Below, piece by piece: positions 25,201 to 36,848 of a stretch of 64,000 nt of DNA (its first letter is position 1; each line of letters begins with the position of its first letter). The DNA comes from Phoronis australis. Taxonomy: Eukaryota > Animalia > Phoronida. A program made the position numbers and the translations under genes. The stretch is from assembly GCA_002633005.1 (NCBI GenBank), contig NMRA01000330.1:124001-188000 (forward strand), in the 5' to 3' direction. The notes beneath the pieces were generated by a model. The model made no database searches. It was not told the origin of the DNA and saw only the letters and a list, made by a program, of their open reading frames with translations.

Positions 25201-28200
25201 GGCAGATAAAGGAATTTGAGTTAGAAGGCCACTGGGATCGCAGAACTTAATACATGTATGTACGTGGAGTTAACATGCGCAAAAGTTAGTCATGGGATAT
25301 GCGCAGCAGGAAATGCTTTGATCACCCATCTGCCGACTTTGTGACTAGTAAATTGGGAAAATTTTAGGGAACCGTGTCTCCTTTGCCCCTGTTAATTCGC
25401 CATTTTGCTGTAACTTTAACAAAGTTTAAACTCAGTTCGCTTTGAAACATAAAACATGTCTTTACGTGTCTTTCAGATCAAATAATGTGACTTTTAAGCT
25501 CCCCTATCACTTCCAAATTTAGAGATGCCATGCTTAGTTTCACATAACGTGTTGTGTGCATTACTTATGAGGACTTCAGCAGCATACACGAGTATGCTCA
25601 AAACGCACAAACACAGGCACTTGAGCACAACACGCATGCGTAGGCACGCAGACATATACGTACATCTATTTATTTAGATTCGATTTACTTTTTGCAGACA
25701 AAGTCACGCCAGAGAATTTCTCACTCTTGGATTGCGACACATCCCCTACCTGGGTCGTATCGCGTATGGAGAATTTGAAAAATGGAGAAAGTCAAAGCTG
25801 AAGTGTTATATGACAGAAAAACGTGAGTCTCTTGCTTATTTGTCATTTAGCTAAGCAGCAGGCGTTCGTTATTTGTGTCGACGTTATTAATGTAACATCC
25901 GCTAGGAGTAATGGGCAACTGAAATAAAATTGGCAAAATTTGCCATTTTGAACAGTATCTCGAGGACACTGTCTGCTTTAGGGCCGAATAACGCGTTTTG
26001 TCATTATTTTAGGGCTTGATTAACAATAAAAACCGTGTTTTGTGGTTTTACCGCTATAAACTAAGACATTTCAAATATTACACCTTTCAGAGGAAGTAAA
26101 ATAATCGGCACTACCCAAAACGCCGTCAAAAATGTTATGTCACCCCATGTATAATATTTGTTGCATTAGCCTACCCTCCTCTCCATTCCTTCATCGATGA
26201 ATTCGGTAACGGCTCCACTTAAATACTTTAAAATCTTGGTTGCCTATGTCTAATTCTTTGAAGCTCGCAGTTCCGTACTTCTCTCTCAGAATATAAAAGA
26301 AAAAGAAACTTCAAATATTTCATCAAAATTTCATTGTTTCTCAACTGTATGGTCCGGAAGGAAACTGTCTCACTGTTTAGATTCGAGTCCCAAATTCATT
26401 TTGAAAGTCAGATGAGAGCTAGTATGCTGAACATTTTCGTCGTACTGTTTATTTAAAGACGGTTGTTGTTTTCAGACGTAAATCGTTATCGCTACAACAA
26501 AGTGTTCAATTGGAAAGACGAAGTGACTGGCAAACACAGATACGAACAGAGGCTTTATCCGGATAATACAGATGCCGTAAGTAAAGTTTACTGGCTTAGG
26601 CTATACACATGGATATTAGAAGACATGCGAGCACCCAGCCTAAAATGGAGGGGCTCGAATATCTCACTGTGTTTTTCCCTACATTTTAAAATTAGCCAAT
26701 ACATTAAGCTCGTCATGCATTAGTTTAGGCATTTTGTTAGAAATTTTGAACCCAACACAAATTCAAGGCAGCACACTTCATATTTACGGTTTCCGGCACG
26801 CCGCACATTACACTACGCAGGTTGATTAAATCCCGGGTTGTTCTAGTTTCATTTCACGCGGCGACTTGAGTGAATGCGTCATGTCATTAGCCTGTTGATC
26901 AACGAAATAAAACGTCCTAAAAACATAAACTTGAGTTACATTCGCTTAAAGCGAAGCTCTTTTTCAAAAACTATGCAAACGTATCTGTTGGAAACTCAAT
27001 GAAAATTATCTCTTTTATGGCATTAATTGCTTAAAAACAGGTTTCTAAAGACAACTGGTGGTTTTGAGTAATGATCAGCCTCCCGCAGGTCGACCCGAGT
27101 ACAACCAGTGAGTCGCCTCATTGTACCACTGAAGCTTGGAAAAAACCCCGTCCTTAATTCTTCCAACATATACCAGGTGACTTTTGAAAAAATGTTCACC
27201 TGCACGACCGCTCGCACTGTGCTATAGGAACCACTTACCCAGTGCAAAGAGTGGCGCTTTCTCCTTTGCAGTCGACGTCCACTTTGATGTAAGGTCAGCT
27301 TCTTTGGGAAGACTCGAAGCGTGGTGTCTCCCATCTTTCGTCAATTTTAGCAAAATAGTCTTTATTTGAATTGGACTCAAGGTATCAAATAGCTGTAAAG
27401 TAGTAACCGTAGTTGCAGTAGTTGTTTATTCAGGATATAGATCATCCAAGTATTACTGCATTGTTCTCACATCGTGTCTCATGGGAACTTTAGCTAACAA
27501 AATGTAATAAGAAAATTTTGGATTAAAATATGTGCCATTAAAAAGTCTAACAACAAAATTGGCGACAACTGAGTGAAATACTCTACAATTAACCATGACC
27601 AAGTACCTAGAATTAACAATACCTTTAGATGTCACTATGTCTGGTATCATAATCGAGATATAATTCCTGAGCATGGCATCAGTGTACAATGTACAGTACA
27701 TGTTGACAGTGAATGTTAGCTAGACCTGTTTTATGGACATGAGATTGCCATTGTATTTTGCCACTAAGATACTCTGTCGCCGAGCCAAGCAAACATGTGT
27801 ATAGAGCTGGATATTTTGTGGTAATCTACGCACGTCCAGTTTGTCCCAGCCCCAAGTGACGTGCAAATAATGATAAGAATGCTTGTATTTATATAAATAA
27901 AAAATCTGAAACCGGCGTATGGCGCAAACATTAGGTCACGAGAAGTAGCCACAGGTGGCGTGCTGGCCAGACGTGGAAAGGTTTGCAATACGTGTACTTG
28001 TCTCATATTTCGATTGCAGAAGATGAAAGCGTGGTGCAAAGGATATGATGCTCCATTCCTTAGATCAATGAACGCGTACATTAACGCGATGAGGGCCAAC
28101 ATTCGTGCCTGGGGAACCATGTTCAACAAAATGGCGTCAAATCCACTCGTGACAGGTAGGCTATTCAAAAGAAGCTGCACTGGTTCTTAGAAATAATTTT

Positions 28201-31200
28201 TCATACACTTCAAAGTGGGTGTACATGTAGCTTAAAGCTCGCTCTTCGTTACCTGGGATCAGAATTCTCCAGAACCCATTTAAATTCCTTTTTTCCGCGC
28301 CTGAGCCCCCCCCCCCTTCCTATGCTCAACATTTCACATTTTTGAGACACTTCTACGGTTATTTCAAGCGTAAGGACACTTTAGAGGCACCACGTGATAT
28401 CACAGGGAATTTTACAAATACACCGTTTCGAAGATTGACATTTGAGGAAACCTTACTGTTCCCAACAAAAGTAACTTAAACGAAACTGTGTTGCGGCTTT
28501 GAACCCGCAGTGGCGGCGAAGAAAATATCACGATGAGTTTTACTTATTTTATTTTGCTTTTATTCTCCGCAGTGTGTATTCAACATCTCAGTGAAACATA
28601 TTACGGTCTCAATGTACCAGTGAAGCATTCTGACCATCAATGCAAAACACCGACATAGGTAGTCTGAGTGTACAAAATTTATTTCATACATCGGTAAGCA
28701 TTAAAAAACAGCGTGATGCATAAACCGACAAACTCGCTTTAGCCACAACAGATAGCGCAAGTCAGTGGCATAACGGATACGAAACCCTGGATAGGACCTA
28801 GCTAGAAAAGCAAGACTTCGCGAGATTACGTGAGACGTCAATGAGAGCACAGTGATTTTGGCTAGATTTTTCTCGTAGCGAGACAGGTGTTGAACCCTAT
28901 ATTCTCACATCAATAACGAACCTTCATTGGAATCCTACAGTAGCAGTTATCGTTTTTGACCCTATAGTCTGGAACAAGTTTGAAAACTTCTTACTAAGTC
29001 TGTTGAATTCAGTGACAGATGTGGCCCTAACGCCAATTAGACATCACTTCATCGACGGTTCTGGGGAAAGACGTCGACGTAACAGTGATCGCTTTTCGCT
29101 GAAGTCAGTTTTTCTCGTCCACTGGCTGTACTAATAGTGCGTTTAGTATTACTTTTATCACTGAGCTAAATTATTATTCTTTGTAATTAGTAAACTTTTT
29201 TCATTTCGGCATTCAGACGGAAATCAAGGAAACTAATTTTTGTTTTACTCCATTTCTTCATAATGCCCACAACTCAATGTGATTGCCAATACTTTCTAGT
29301 CAGCGAGATTTTTCTTCTCACTCACAAATCGTTGTAGGAGTTAACGCTTATGACAGTAAGCTAACACTAGATGGCACTCCATGCTCGGTTCCATTCACGT
29401 ACAGGGGGACTACGTATAGCAAGTGTGCGAAAACTTCTCAGAAGCCTTGGTGCTATACAAACAAGGCCAGGAGCAAGTGGGGATACTGCTTCTCTGTAGG
29501 TAAGTATTATACAACAATCGGAGTAACGATGGTTGCAGAAACAGCAGAAGCCGAAAAAGCAGACATCAAACAACAGCGGCGGTCGTGGTAGCAAAATAGT
29601 AGCTCCCGTAAAACGTACTAGTAGGCCTAACACAAGTAGACGGGGAAGTGGCGGAGATGGGGGCAGAGATGGGGACGGCCGATGCAGCAGCATATGCAAC
29701 AGATCTACCGGTTGGGGGGGGTGGTAGCAATCTGATAATAGTATGCGTATCATACAACACAGCTGCAGTCATGCATTTGCGTCCCTACTATGCATTTTCT
29801 TTTGTTATAGGGATACTAACGTGCACCTTCTCGTAGTACAGGTTGAAATGATACTGCTATGTCATGGTGCTATGTCATGGGCGGCGCAGCACTGAAAAAA
29901 GTAGGGGGCTGTAGCCCCCCACTGAGCCCCCTATGTTACGCCGCCCATGTATGTACGCTGGATTGACGGGCAATACATATGTTAATCCTTATTTTGATGC
30001 TCTTGTCCAAAGCTAGTTTTATGACCTCCGTGCAACTGAAAATGACCGACTAAGGACAACTTACAAATTCGCTTTGAAACATATTTGGACTTATGAGGCT
30101 TCATCACGGTTATGGAACATTAATATGTACCAGATTAATCTCACCTAGTCGTAGTTAATACCTGCATAGCAAGGTGTAGTCACTTCTTGTACGACGTCAG
30201 TTTCACGAGCTTTCTATTACTTCAGCAAAACTGAATATTGATCTGACCAGCTGCCAAATGTCCACGACGTACAATGAACAGTACTTCGGACACCGGAACA
30301 AAGGTGACGACGGCTATCCCTGCAAACCATGGACGGCACAGACGAGGTACACGTCGACATATTTCCCGATGGACGGCAATTCCGTGGAGCTTGCTGGCAA
30401 CTACTGTCGCCGCGTGAGGTGGCAAAACTCAAAGCCTTGGTGTTACAACACGTCCAGTAGAGGGTGGAGCTACTGCACTATTCGCGCATGCTCTGCCAAA
30501 GGTAGGTTTCTCGAGTTAACCTCTTAGTCTGAATAGTCATTTTGGAGTAGCACGTGACAGTCCTACTATTTTGATTACCAAAAATTTCAATCTTTAGTAG
30601 GCTAAGCTAAAAAAGTGGCACGTTCTGGAGGACGTAATACGTGAATGAATTTCACGAGACCCTTTTACTTTTAACTATTTTCAGCCAATTTTCAATTTTG
30701 AGTACGTTTCTGAAACTTTGGCGCAAGTTTATTGTGACTGATGCAAAGCTGCATTACACGCGCCTCACTCTGGTCCACAAAATTATAAAAGCTTTTCCCG
30801 ATGCGAAAGTTAATAACTGGAAAATATGCTAATATGTCGTTTTCGCAAACAAAATTTACACCATGACTGAATTCAGCTCAAAACTGCCTTCTTTCAAAGA
30901 AATTGGTCTTGTTGTTATTTTGTATTTTAAATACTTTAAGTTTTATGAATTTTAACCGAAGTTAATTCAGTCGAAGTTTAAGCCCAAATAATGTTCAATC
31001 AACACAACTCCAAATATTATCAAACTTAACTAAATTTCATAATTTTTTTACTTTAAGTGTTATTTTGGTGGTGCGCCACCACCTATAATGATCGCCGTGG
31101 CCAGTGACAGCCAACTCATACATTATGGGCATTCATTCAATTGCCACCGTATGCAAAGAGGTTTCCGTGGAAAAGCCTGCCCACTTTTTAAATAAACGTT

Positions 31201-31360
31201 TAAAGTAATAAAACAGGCCAAACACAAAAAGGGATGAATTTTACGAATATTAGTAATATCTTTCGACTGACGAAATTTGTCCCGTGTTCTAAATTAGCGA
31301 AGATAATCTTCAATGTACACAACCTGTTTAAACTGCTATGTTTTTTCAGATTGGGATTGA
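16122..31360 (+). CDS. Secreted Cry delta-endotoxin domain-I-like protein with Kunitz-like pro-region, FN2 and kringle (11 exons, 546 aa)
   Basis: Exons 16122-16203, 18043-18342, 19497-19517, 20580-20722, 23256-23539, 25698-25822, 26476-26576, 28020-28155, 29338-29499, 30226-30501 and 31350-31360. All introns are GT-AG with consistent phases (1,1,1,0,2,1,0,1,1,1). The joined CDS is 1641 nt with no internal stop. Confidence 0.85.
18043..18342 (+). CDS. Toxin-like gene exon 2: two degenerate Kunitz-like repeats
   Basis: tttcaacag|...G|gtaag; 300 nt, phase 1-1. Encodes WVTGFQKVGGSCVPV...PFKTMDECEK and WEGFVLDNGKCFKV...LSTKSRCEE. Confidence 0.8.
19497..19517 (+). CDS. Toxin-like gene exon 3: 21-nt microexon (DKVKRAD, dibasic cleavage site)
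   Basis: ctcttgtctttcag|ATAAAGTGAAGCGGGCAGACG|gtaagt; strong splice sites, phase 1-1. Confidence 0.7.
20580..20722 (+). CDS. Toxin-like gene exon 4: Cry domain-I-like N-terminal helices
   Basis: ttttgtag|...CAG|gtatga; encodes DLATGKFVVELLLTSLTLVHPAFAVLIPFLNFMWPASSTNQWEKERAQ. It is absent from the ORF track and bridges phase 1 to phase 0 exactly. Confidence 0.85.
22631..22788. repeat. hAT-like MITE end with ~7 copies of the 17-bp unit GGGGCCCCGCGCTTTTT
   Basis: Starts CAGGACTGGATTAAC; tandem units at 22671-22788. Confidence 0.6.
23256..23539 (+). CDS. Toxin-like gene exon 5: Cry domain-I-like helices
   Basis: ctttttaag|GTG...AG|gtaagt; encodes VKAMINQKMNEAYANDLKDYLKVLRREILNY...TLTYYTSYVSTRFAIKQELIRIA. 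Confidence 0.88.
23613..23754. mobile_element. Palindromic MITE family (core TCGCGAGATTACGTGAGAC...AATGAGA); relatives at ~28795-28885, ~53740-53877 and ~18925
   Basis: Inverted ends ACGCTAGGACCT and AGGTCCTAGCGT; the core is shared among the dispersed copies. Confidence 0.55.
25698..25822 (+). CDS. Toxin-like gene exon 6
   Basis: tttttgcag|A...C|gtgagt; encodes RQSHAREFLTLGLRHIPYLGRIAYGEFEKWRKSKLKCYMTEK; phase 2 to 1. Confidence 0.85.
26476..26576 (+). CDS. Toxin-like gene exon 7
   Basis: gttttcag|AC...GCC|gtaagt; encodes HVNRYRYNKVFNWKDEVTGKHRYEQRLYPDNTDA; phase 1 to 0. Confidence 0.85.
28020..28155 (+). CDS. Toxin-like gene exon 8
   Basis: attgcag|AAG...G|gtagg; encodes KMKAWCKGYDAPFLRSMNAYINAMRANIRAWGTMFNKMASNPLVT; phase 0 to 1. 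Confidence 0.85.
29338..29499 (+). CDS. Toxin-like gene exon 9: fibronectin type II domain
   Basis: DGTPCSVPFTYRGTTYSKCAKTSQKPWCYTNKARSKWGYC has the four-Cys FN2 pattern; phase 1-1. Confidence 0.92.
29876..29949. mobile_element. 74-bp monomeric MITE, CATGGGCGGCG family, 5-bp TSD
   Basis: Ends CATGGGCGGCG and CGCCGCCCATG; TSD TATGT on both sides. Confidence 0.75.
30226..30501 (+). CDS. Toxin-like gene exon 10: kringle domain
   Basis: CQMSTTYNEQYFGHRNKGDDGYPCKPW...GNYCRRVRWQNSKPWCYNTSSRGWSYCTIRAC has six Cys in kringle spacing; phase 1-1. Confidence 0.92.
31350..31360 (+). CDS. Toxin-like gene terminal exon (DWD-stop)
   Basis: ttttttcag|AT TGG GAT TGA; AATAAA at 31437-31442. Confidence 0.65.
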
Positions 31361-31663
31361 TAGTATCATCCGCTTCCTGGCAGGTAACACTCCTGTTCCA
31401 TGTATTCCTGCATATTTTTTCATGGCAACATTGATCAATAAATAATTAATTAATCAGCAACAAATACAAGTTTCCTTCTCATGTACAGAAATTTGTGGAG
31501 CACGATTACTTAAATAATTGAAGTTATAAAAAATAATATACCTCTACATTTCTCTGCATTTTGTTATGTTTAACAAAATGTTCACTTAAGAGTTCTGTAA
31601 CTCAAAACAATGAAAATGTAAAGACAGTTTACTCTTGGAAACAAAGCACATACACACCTCAAA

Positions 31664-31796
31664 CATAGGCGGATCCAGGGAGGGGGGTGAAGGGGTCCAG
31701 TTCCACCTTTTCCCCTTGATTTTAGTGATATCAAATCTAGAATTTTCAACTTGTTGACTTGGACCTCCCATTTAAAAATTCCTGGATTCGCCCCTG
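31664..31796. mobile_element. MITE (CATAGGCGGATCCAGG...CCTGGATTCGCCCCTG) with 5-bp TSD
   Basis: TSD TCAAA at 31659-31663 and 31797-31801. Confidence 0.7.
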
Positions 31797-34638
31797 TCAA
31801 AATCCAACTGCTGCCTGTGGGTCTTGTAATTGGCCCAATTATGTTTGCACACCCACCGGAATCAATGAAGAGCCTATTATTCCAGAGTTTTAGGTTTTAA
31901 AAGTTACATTTTTTGTCCCATTTTAAAAATTCAAAAACCTAATCACTCGAACAGTTTTCACGAACTATTCAAATATGATATATTAACAAACTTTTAAAAC
32001 GAAATTTTGAAAATACTATTGTCGACCTCAGCATGTTCTGGTTCTCTGGTGAACGATAACATCAGCAACCAGAGGCGATATAAATAACTACACCAGCATT
32101 GTGTCTTTGATCAGTGCGGCATATTTCGAGACCGGTAAGCTGGTCGAGTTGCCCAATCTCGACCGGTCAGGGTATCAGCGTAGGATTCTTTTCACGTAAT
32201 GACCAGGGGCACATTCGACGAAGTTGGGGGCACATTCGACGAAGTTGTCTCTACGACAGTACCCCCCCCCCCCGTTTATCCGTACCCGTTCTGTGGGTCT
32301 GTATTATGATGGTAACGCTACAACTTTTGCACGTTATAAAAGTATGTCAATGAATTTATATTTTTATCATAAAAACGCCGTTTACAAACAAAATATTTAC
32401 AAACTTCATAGTCACAGATAACGTACAGTAAAACTCGCATAAGTTGGTCACGAATGCATGTATGTTGGAACTTCGCTTATAACCAAGTTCTGCGTGCGGT
32501 TGTTCTTGTTCATTCATCCAACTTTTACAAGTAAGTCAAATTTTGCTTTACGTGGATAAAACCTTTCAGTCCCGTTGGATCTGATATTTGCTGTTCTCTC
32601 TGTAATCGTCTGATTCGAGACCTTGCTGTTCCCACGTTACCTCTTGAAGTCTTTATGTATTCTTGTCTCCGGCAGCGTTGGTTTGGGAACGAACGACCGC
32701 GGTTCCACCTTCAACGGCTCCGCATTGTCTCAATACACACGATGCTGCTGTTCCTGATAACACTTAGCAACGTTAACCTCTGATTTCAAGCAGTGCACCA
32801 CTACATAGACTGACAATAGGTGGAGCCAGGGCACATATCCAAGTGTGATAAACGTGCAACCAAACGTGATGAAAATAATTTTACTACCTCATGTCGGTCT
32901 GAGGCTAAAATGAAAAACGAACAAAGATTGCGCAAGCCCTTAATCTTAAGACTATTCCCGAAATTCAATTTCAACTATTAATACACGGGATACTAAAGCC
33001 TGTTTTGGCGATTTTCATCCAAAACTGGTCTTCTTATGATCAGCAACTGCAGAAACATTATTTCACTCTGACGTGCTTCAAATCAAAACCTTGAGCTTCG
33101 AAGTCAACGGTCTTTCCCCCAAAGTATTTGATTAACTTACTCTAATAATTATCCACGCTTGCCGATTGTCTAAATTTTATTGCAGGCGTGTTCCAAGTTT
33201 GTGAGTGTTGACGAGAATAACAGATAACATAATATTGCATGTCAACCAATGTTAAAGCGTTGATACTTGCAGTTGGTATCTGCCAGTGGTTGACACAACG
33301 TTTAGTATCCCTTAAAACAACATGCATGTAACAAGATTCCGATTCAAGTTAAGTAGTCTTAAGATCTCACAGTCAACTAGATATTGATCAATAAAAACGT
33401 TGAAGGCCTTATCACACAAAGTATGCTACTTGTTTGTTTTTTGTGTTTGCAATTAGTAACAGCTTTGTAGCGATGCACCTGGAATTGGGTATTCTGAGGG
33501 GCCATGGAATGTTATTTTACAGCGCTACAATTACTTCCCATTAATACAACGGGAGGAAGTCAATATATATCCCCAAGCTCGATTAATATCTGTGAATATT
33601 CAAGCCTGATTACTTGGGTTTCGTTCCAGTGCTTTCCGTCTGTTAGGCCTACTGATAGCACTGTGTGTTTATGGGAATTAGATCAGCGGTGTGCTAGCAC
33701 CGGGCATGTCCAATGATGTCATAGGCCTACCCGGAAATGACGATTGCCATTTTTTACAACAGGGGCACCATCTACCGAGTATTGACGTATAAGAAATAGC
33801 CCCTTCCGACATTCTTCAACGGTACTGCATATCAATTTCGGGAACTCATTTTCTCCACAGACGAAGAAATGGAGTATAACAGACTTTGGCCTAAAATTAT
33901 AAGCCTCTATGCACCTCAGACGCTTGAACGACCACAATACAACTGATCAGTTTCGACCGTACGTCACTAAGTAAAAATGAATATTCATATCTCGGCAGCA
34001 GCTGATAAGTGATGTCGGGAGCCATGCGGTTAACTATTCGATAGTTCACTAGAATTGTTTTGTTACCAATATGGTGGTCACTTGAAAACTCTGTAAATTT
34101 TCGACGACACAATTCGGGATCACTCTTGGTGCCTGCCAACAAAGGTTTTCATGAAACCTCGAATATAGAGCTTGGCCAACACGTAACAGAGTTTTTGATC
34201 CGATTCGGAAGAATGAAACGCTCCACTTAACGTTATCTACCGACAATGCGTCACATCCGTCGAGCACTCTCTAGGAGGCATGTTTCACCATTTCTGCTGT
34301 TTCATTGTTTTATTCATGGTCGACGCAAATACTCACTGTGCAGTCCGAGACTCTTGCTTGATACGAAAAAGCTTCCATGAGGAAAAAACGATTTGCCATT
34401 TTCACTGTCGAGTTCTCTAGGGCACTGTCGAGTCTATGATATTATAAAGGGGAGGGGGGCAACCACATGTTCGCCTTGTGTGGGGCCTTCTAAATTCGCC
34501 TGTGAAGGACGACTGAAAACGATTGCTCTAATACAAGTCGCTGTGGAATTTCAGTTTAATAAATTGTTGTGAGTCATCCCTCACAGGTCTCTTTTTACAT
34601 CCTGAGCGTTAAATGCTCCACCAATCCCCGTCACTGTG

Positions 34639-35993
34639 CTACAAAAGTGTTCTCGTGAAGTAAAAAATCGCAAGAGGGAAAAGTGATGACACAGTCCGAT
34701 ATTTCAACGGTGCACCGTTACAAACGTCAGATTGACAGTGACAAATTGTACTCCTAGTCAGTCCACTAGAGGTCACTTTGCATGTGTCTTGTCCTTTGTA
34801 TACATAGTTTGCGCAATATCTTTCTACGTGTTTGGCATCTGAAACAGAAACAGAAATAAATATGACATGTCAATCAACGTTCGAATGTTCGCTTTGCGGT
34901 GTGTTTTGTGAGACGCATAAACATGCTGTTTCTTAATCAGGCAAACAGGAACTAAGTGATTCAACAACGTTTCAGCGAAACCCGAGCACTTTCGAAACTA
35001 AAGAGATTAAGATTGTTTTGGAGATTTCTCCTCAAGTCAATTTTGTCACCTGTTATTGCAGAAATTGCACCTCCCTTGAGATTTAGCAGCATTAACATAA
35101 TTCATTGTGACCTCTCAACGGAGATTGTTCTAAACGATTTACAGAACGTTATTTTGTCCAATTAGCCTTCTGTTATAGTTAAGTCTGTTTTTATAGTTTT
35201 GATAATCAATAGTTGAATACTTATAGAGGAAAAGTTTATCCTTTGGTCAATTTGGGACACTTTACTTACTCAAACGGGTATTTTGGGCTTTTTATCGATT
35301 TTTATTTAATTCTTTAATAAATAGTAGGACAACCGTTGAATTAGTTTTAAGTCAAACACAAATTGTTGTTAGAACTAAAAACGAGGGAACAGTTTACTCT
35401 GAGCGTGCGTGCGTTCCCGCGAGAACCTCGCAACAACGCAACACCGCCATGAATTTCAAACGAAGCACACTACATCATAGCTTCCTTCGCGAGATTTTTG
35501 CGTCCACGGATGTCAACCCGAGTAGACGTTTTCGGAGCTTGCTTTCTGCTTCTTAATTCCGATTTGAGGAACTGTTTCATTTTTATAGAAATCAAGTAAA
35601 AAGGACCTCTTTAAAGTCTCATAGTAAGTAAAAATATGGCAATTAAATTTATCAAAAATATCTTAGAAAGGTAACATTCCTTCATAGTATATGCTCATTT
35701 ACAAAAAGTTCAATGCTCCGTTCAGAACATGGTTGTTATACGCGTAGAACTACCAATTCTACGTGTAAAATAAAGATGATCGCACGTCTAGAAATTTAGT
35801 TTTGTGCCAACAGTTTGAACGGGAGAAAGTTACTTACCTGTGCCCGGAGCTTCCGTCACCAACTTGACGCACGTGACACCTTCGCACATGGACACGTACC
35901 CGTTGTTCCGATCAGACGAGAATGCGTCTCCGCACTCGTCCTCTGATGACGTCACCACACTGTTGCACTTGTAGCAGAAAACTGCTTCGGCAA
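34639..35993 (-). CDS. Ly6/quiver-like gene, second copy of exons 2-3 (35838-35993 and 34639-34838)
   Basis: Near-identical to 40781-40936 and 39560-39765. A 2-bp indel changes the C-terminus to FYFTRTLL-stop. No separate exon 1 was found. Confidence 0.65.
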
Positions 35994-36848
35994 CTACAAA
36001 ATATTAGAATTAGCTCATTTCTGCTGCAAAATTATAATCATCTAGCCGCTATATAGAGTTCTAAATGTCTGGTATATACTGTCATACTCAGAACGTAACA
36101 AGAAATATAATTTAAAAAAATAAACGATTATACAGTAGCAGCAGAGTTCCAATTGTAATTCTCGAAATTTATTAGTAACATACGCATGTGTTTTTAGTTT
36201 TTTATTCCTCAGTTCAGTTTTATTGGGGAATGTCACCCTTGAAGAGATTTTGGCCACTTTGTTACTTTTTACAAATTTCGTAGTCTAATTCGATTTTTCA
36301 ATTTCGATTTTCATCGGAAAACGATTTGAACAATTTTGAAAACGAAAGTGTGACGCAGGAAACCGTCTCAAGCATTGTGTGTCAAAACGGCAGAATCGCT
36401 CCATTGCTCAAATCGAAGGCATATTAATGTGTAACGGGACTTTGACTGAATGCGGCATTTCGGCCGTCAGTACAGTGATCGCCATATTTGGGCGATGAAG
36501 CTAGTGGTCACGTGTTTTGCTTGTAATGCATTGCGATATCTTGCATTTTCCTGAGTGTCTACGGAACAGGCACCAGAAATGCGAGGCAATGCAGCTTACT
36601 CGGACTGGTTGACGTTATCGGGAATTGTCTCAAGGCGTCGCCACTTCCGGTATGAGGAACTGCTATTTTTACTAATTTCAGTTGATTGAAGATGACTCTT
36701 ATATGTAACTTAAGTACGTCAAAAAAGGCTAAACTTCCCTTCAAAAAGGTAATAAGCCCCTGATTACACGAGCTCTCACATGAATTACTGTATCTAATAG
36801 AGGATGTCTCGGCGTCAGTATTTATCAATGACGTCAACCAATTCTAGG

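Noticed and set aside
29500-29772. Gly/Ala-rich ORFs after the FN2 exon
   Set aside because: Low-complexity intronic sequence downstream of a strong donor site.
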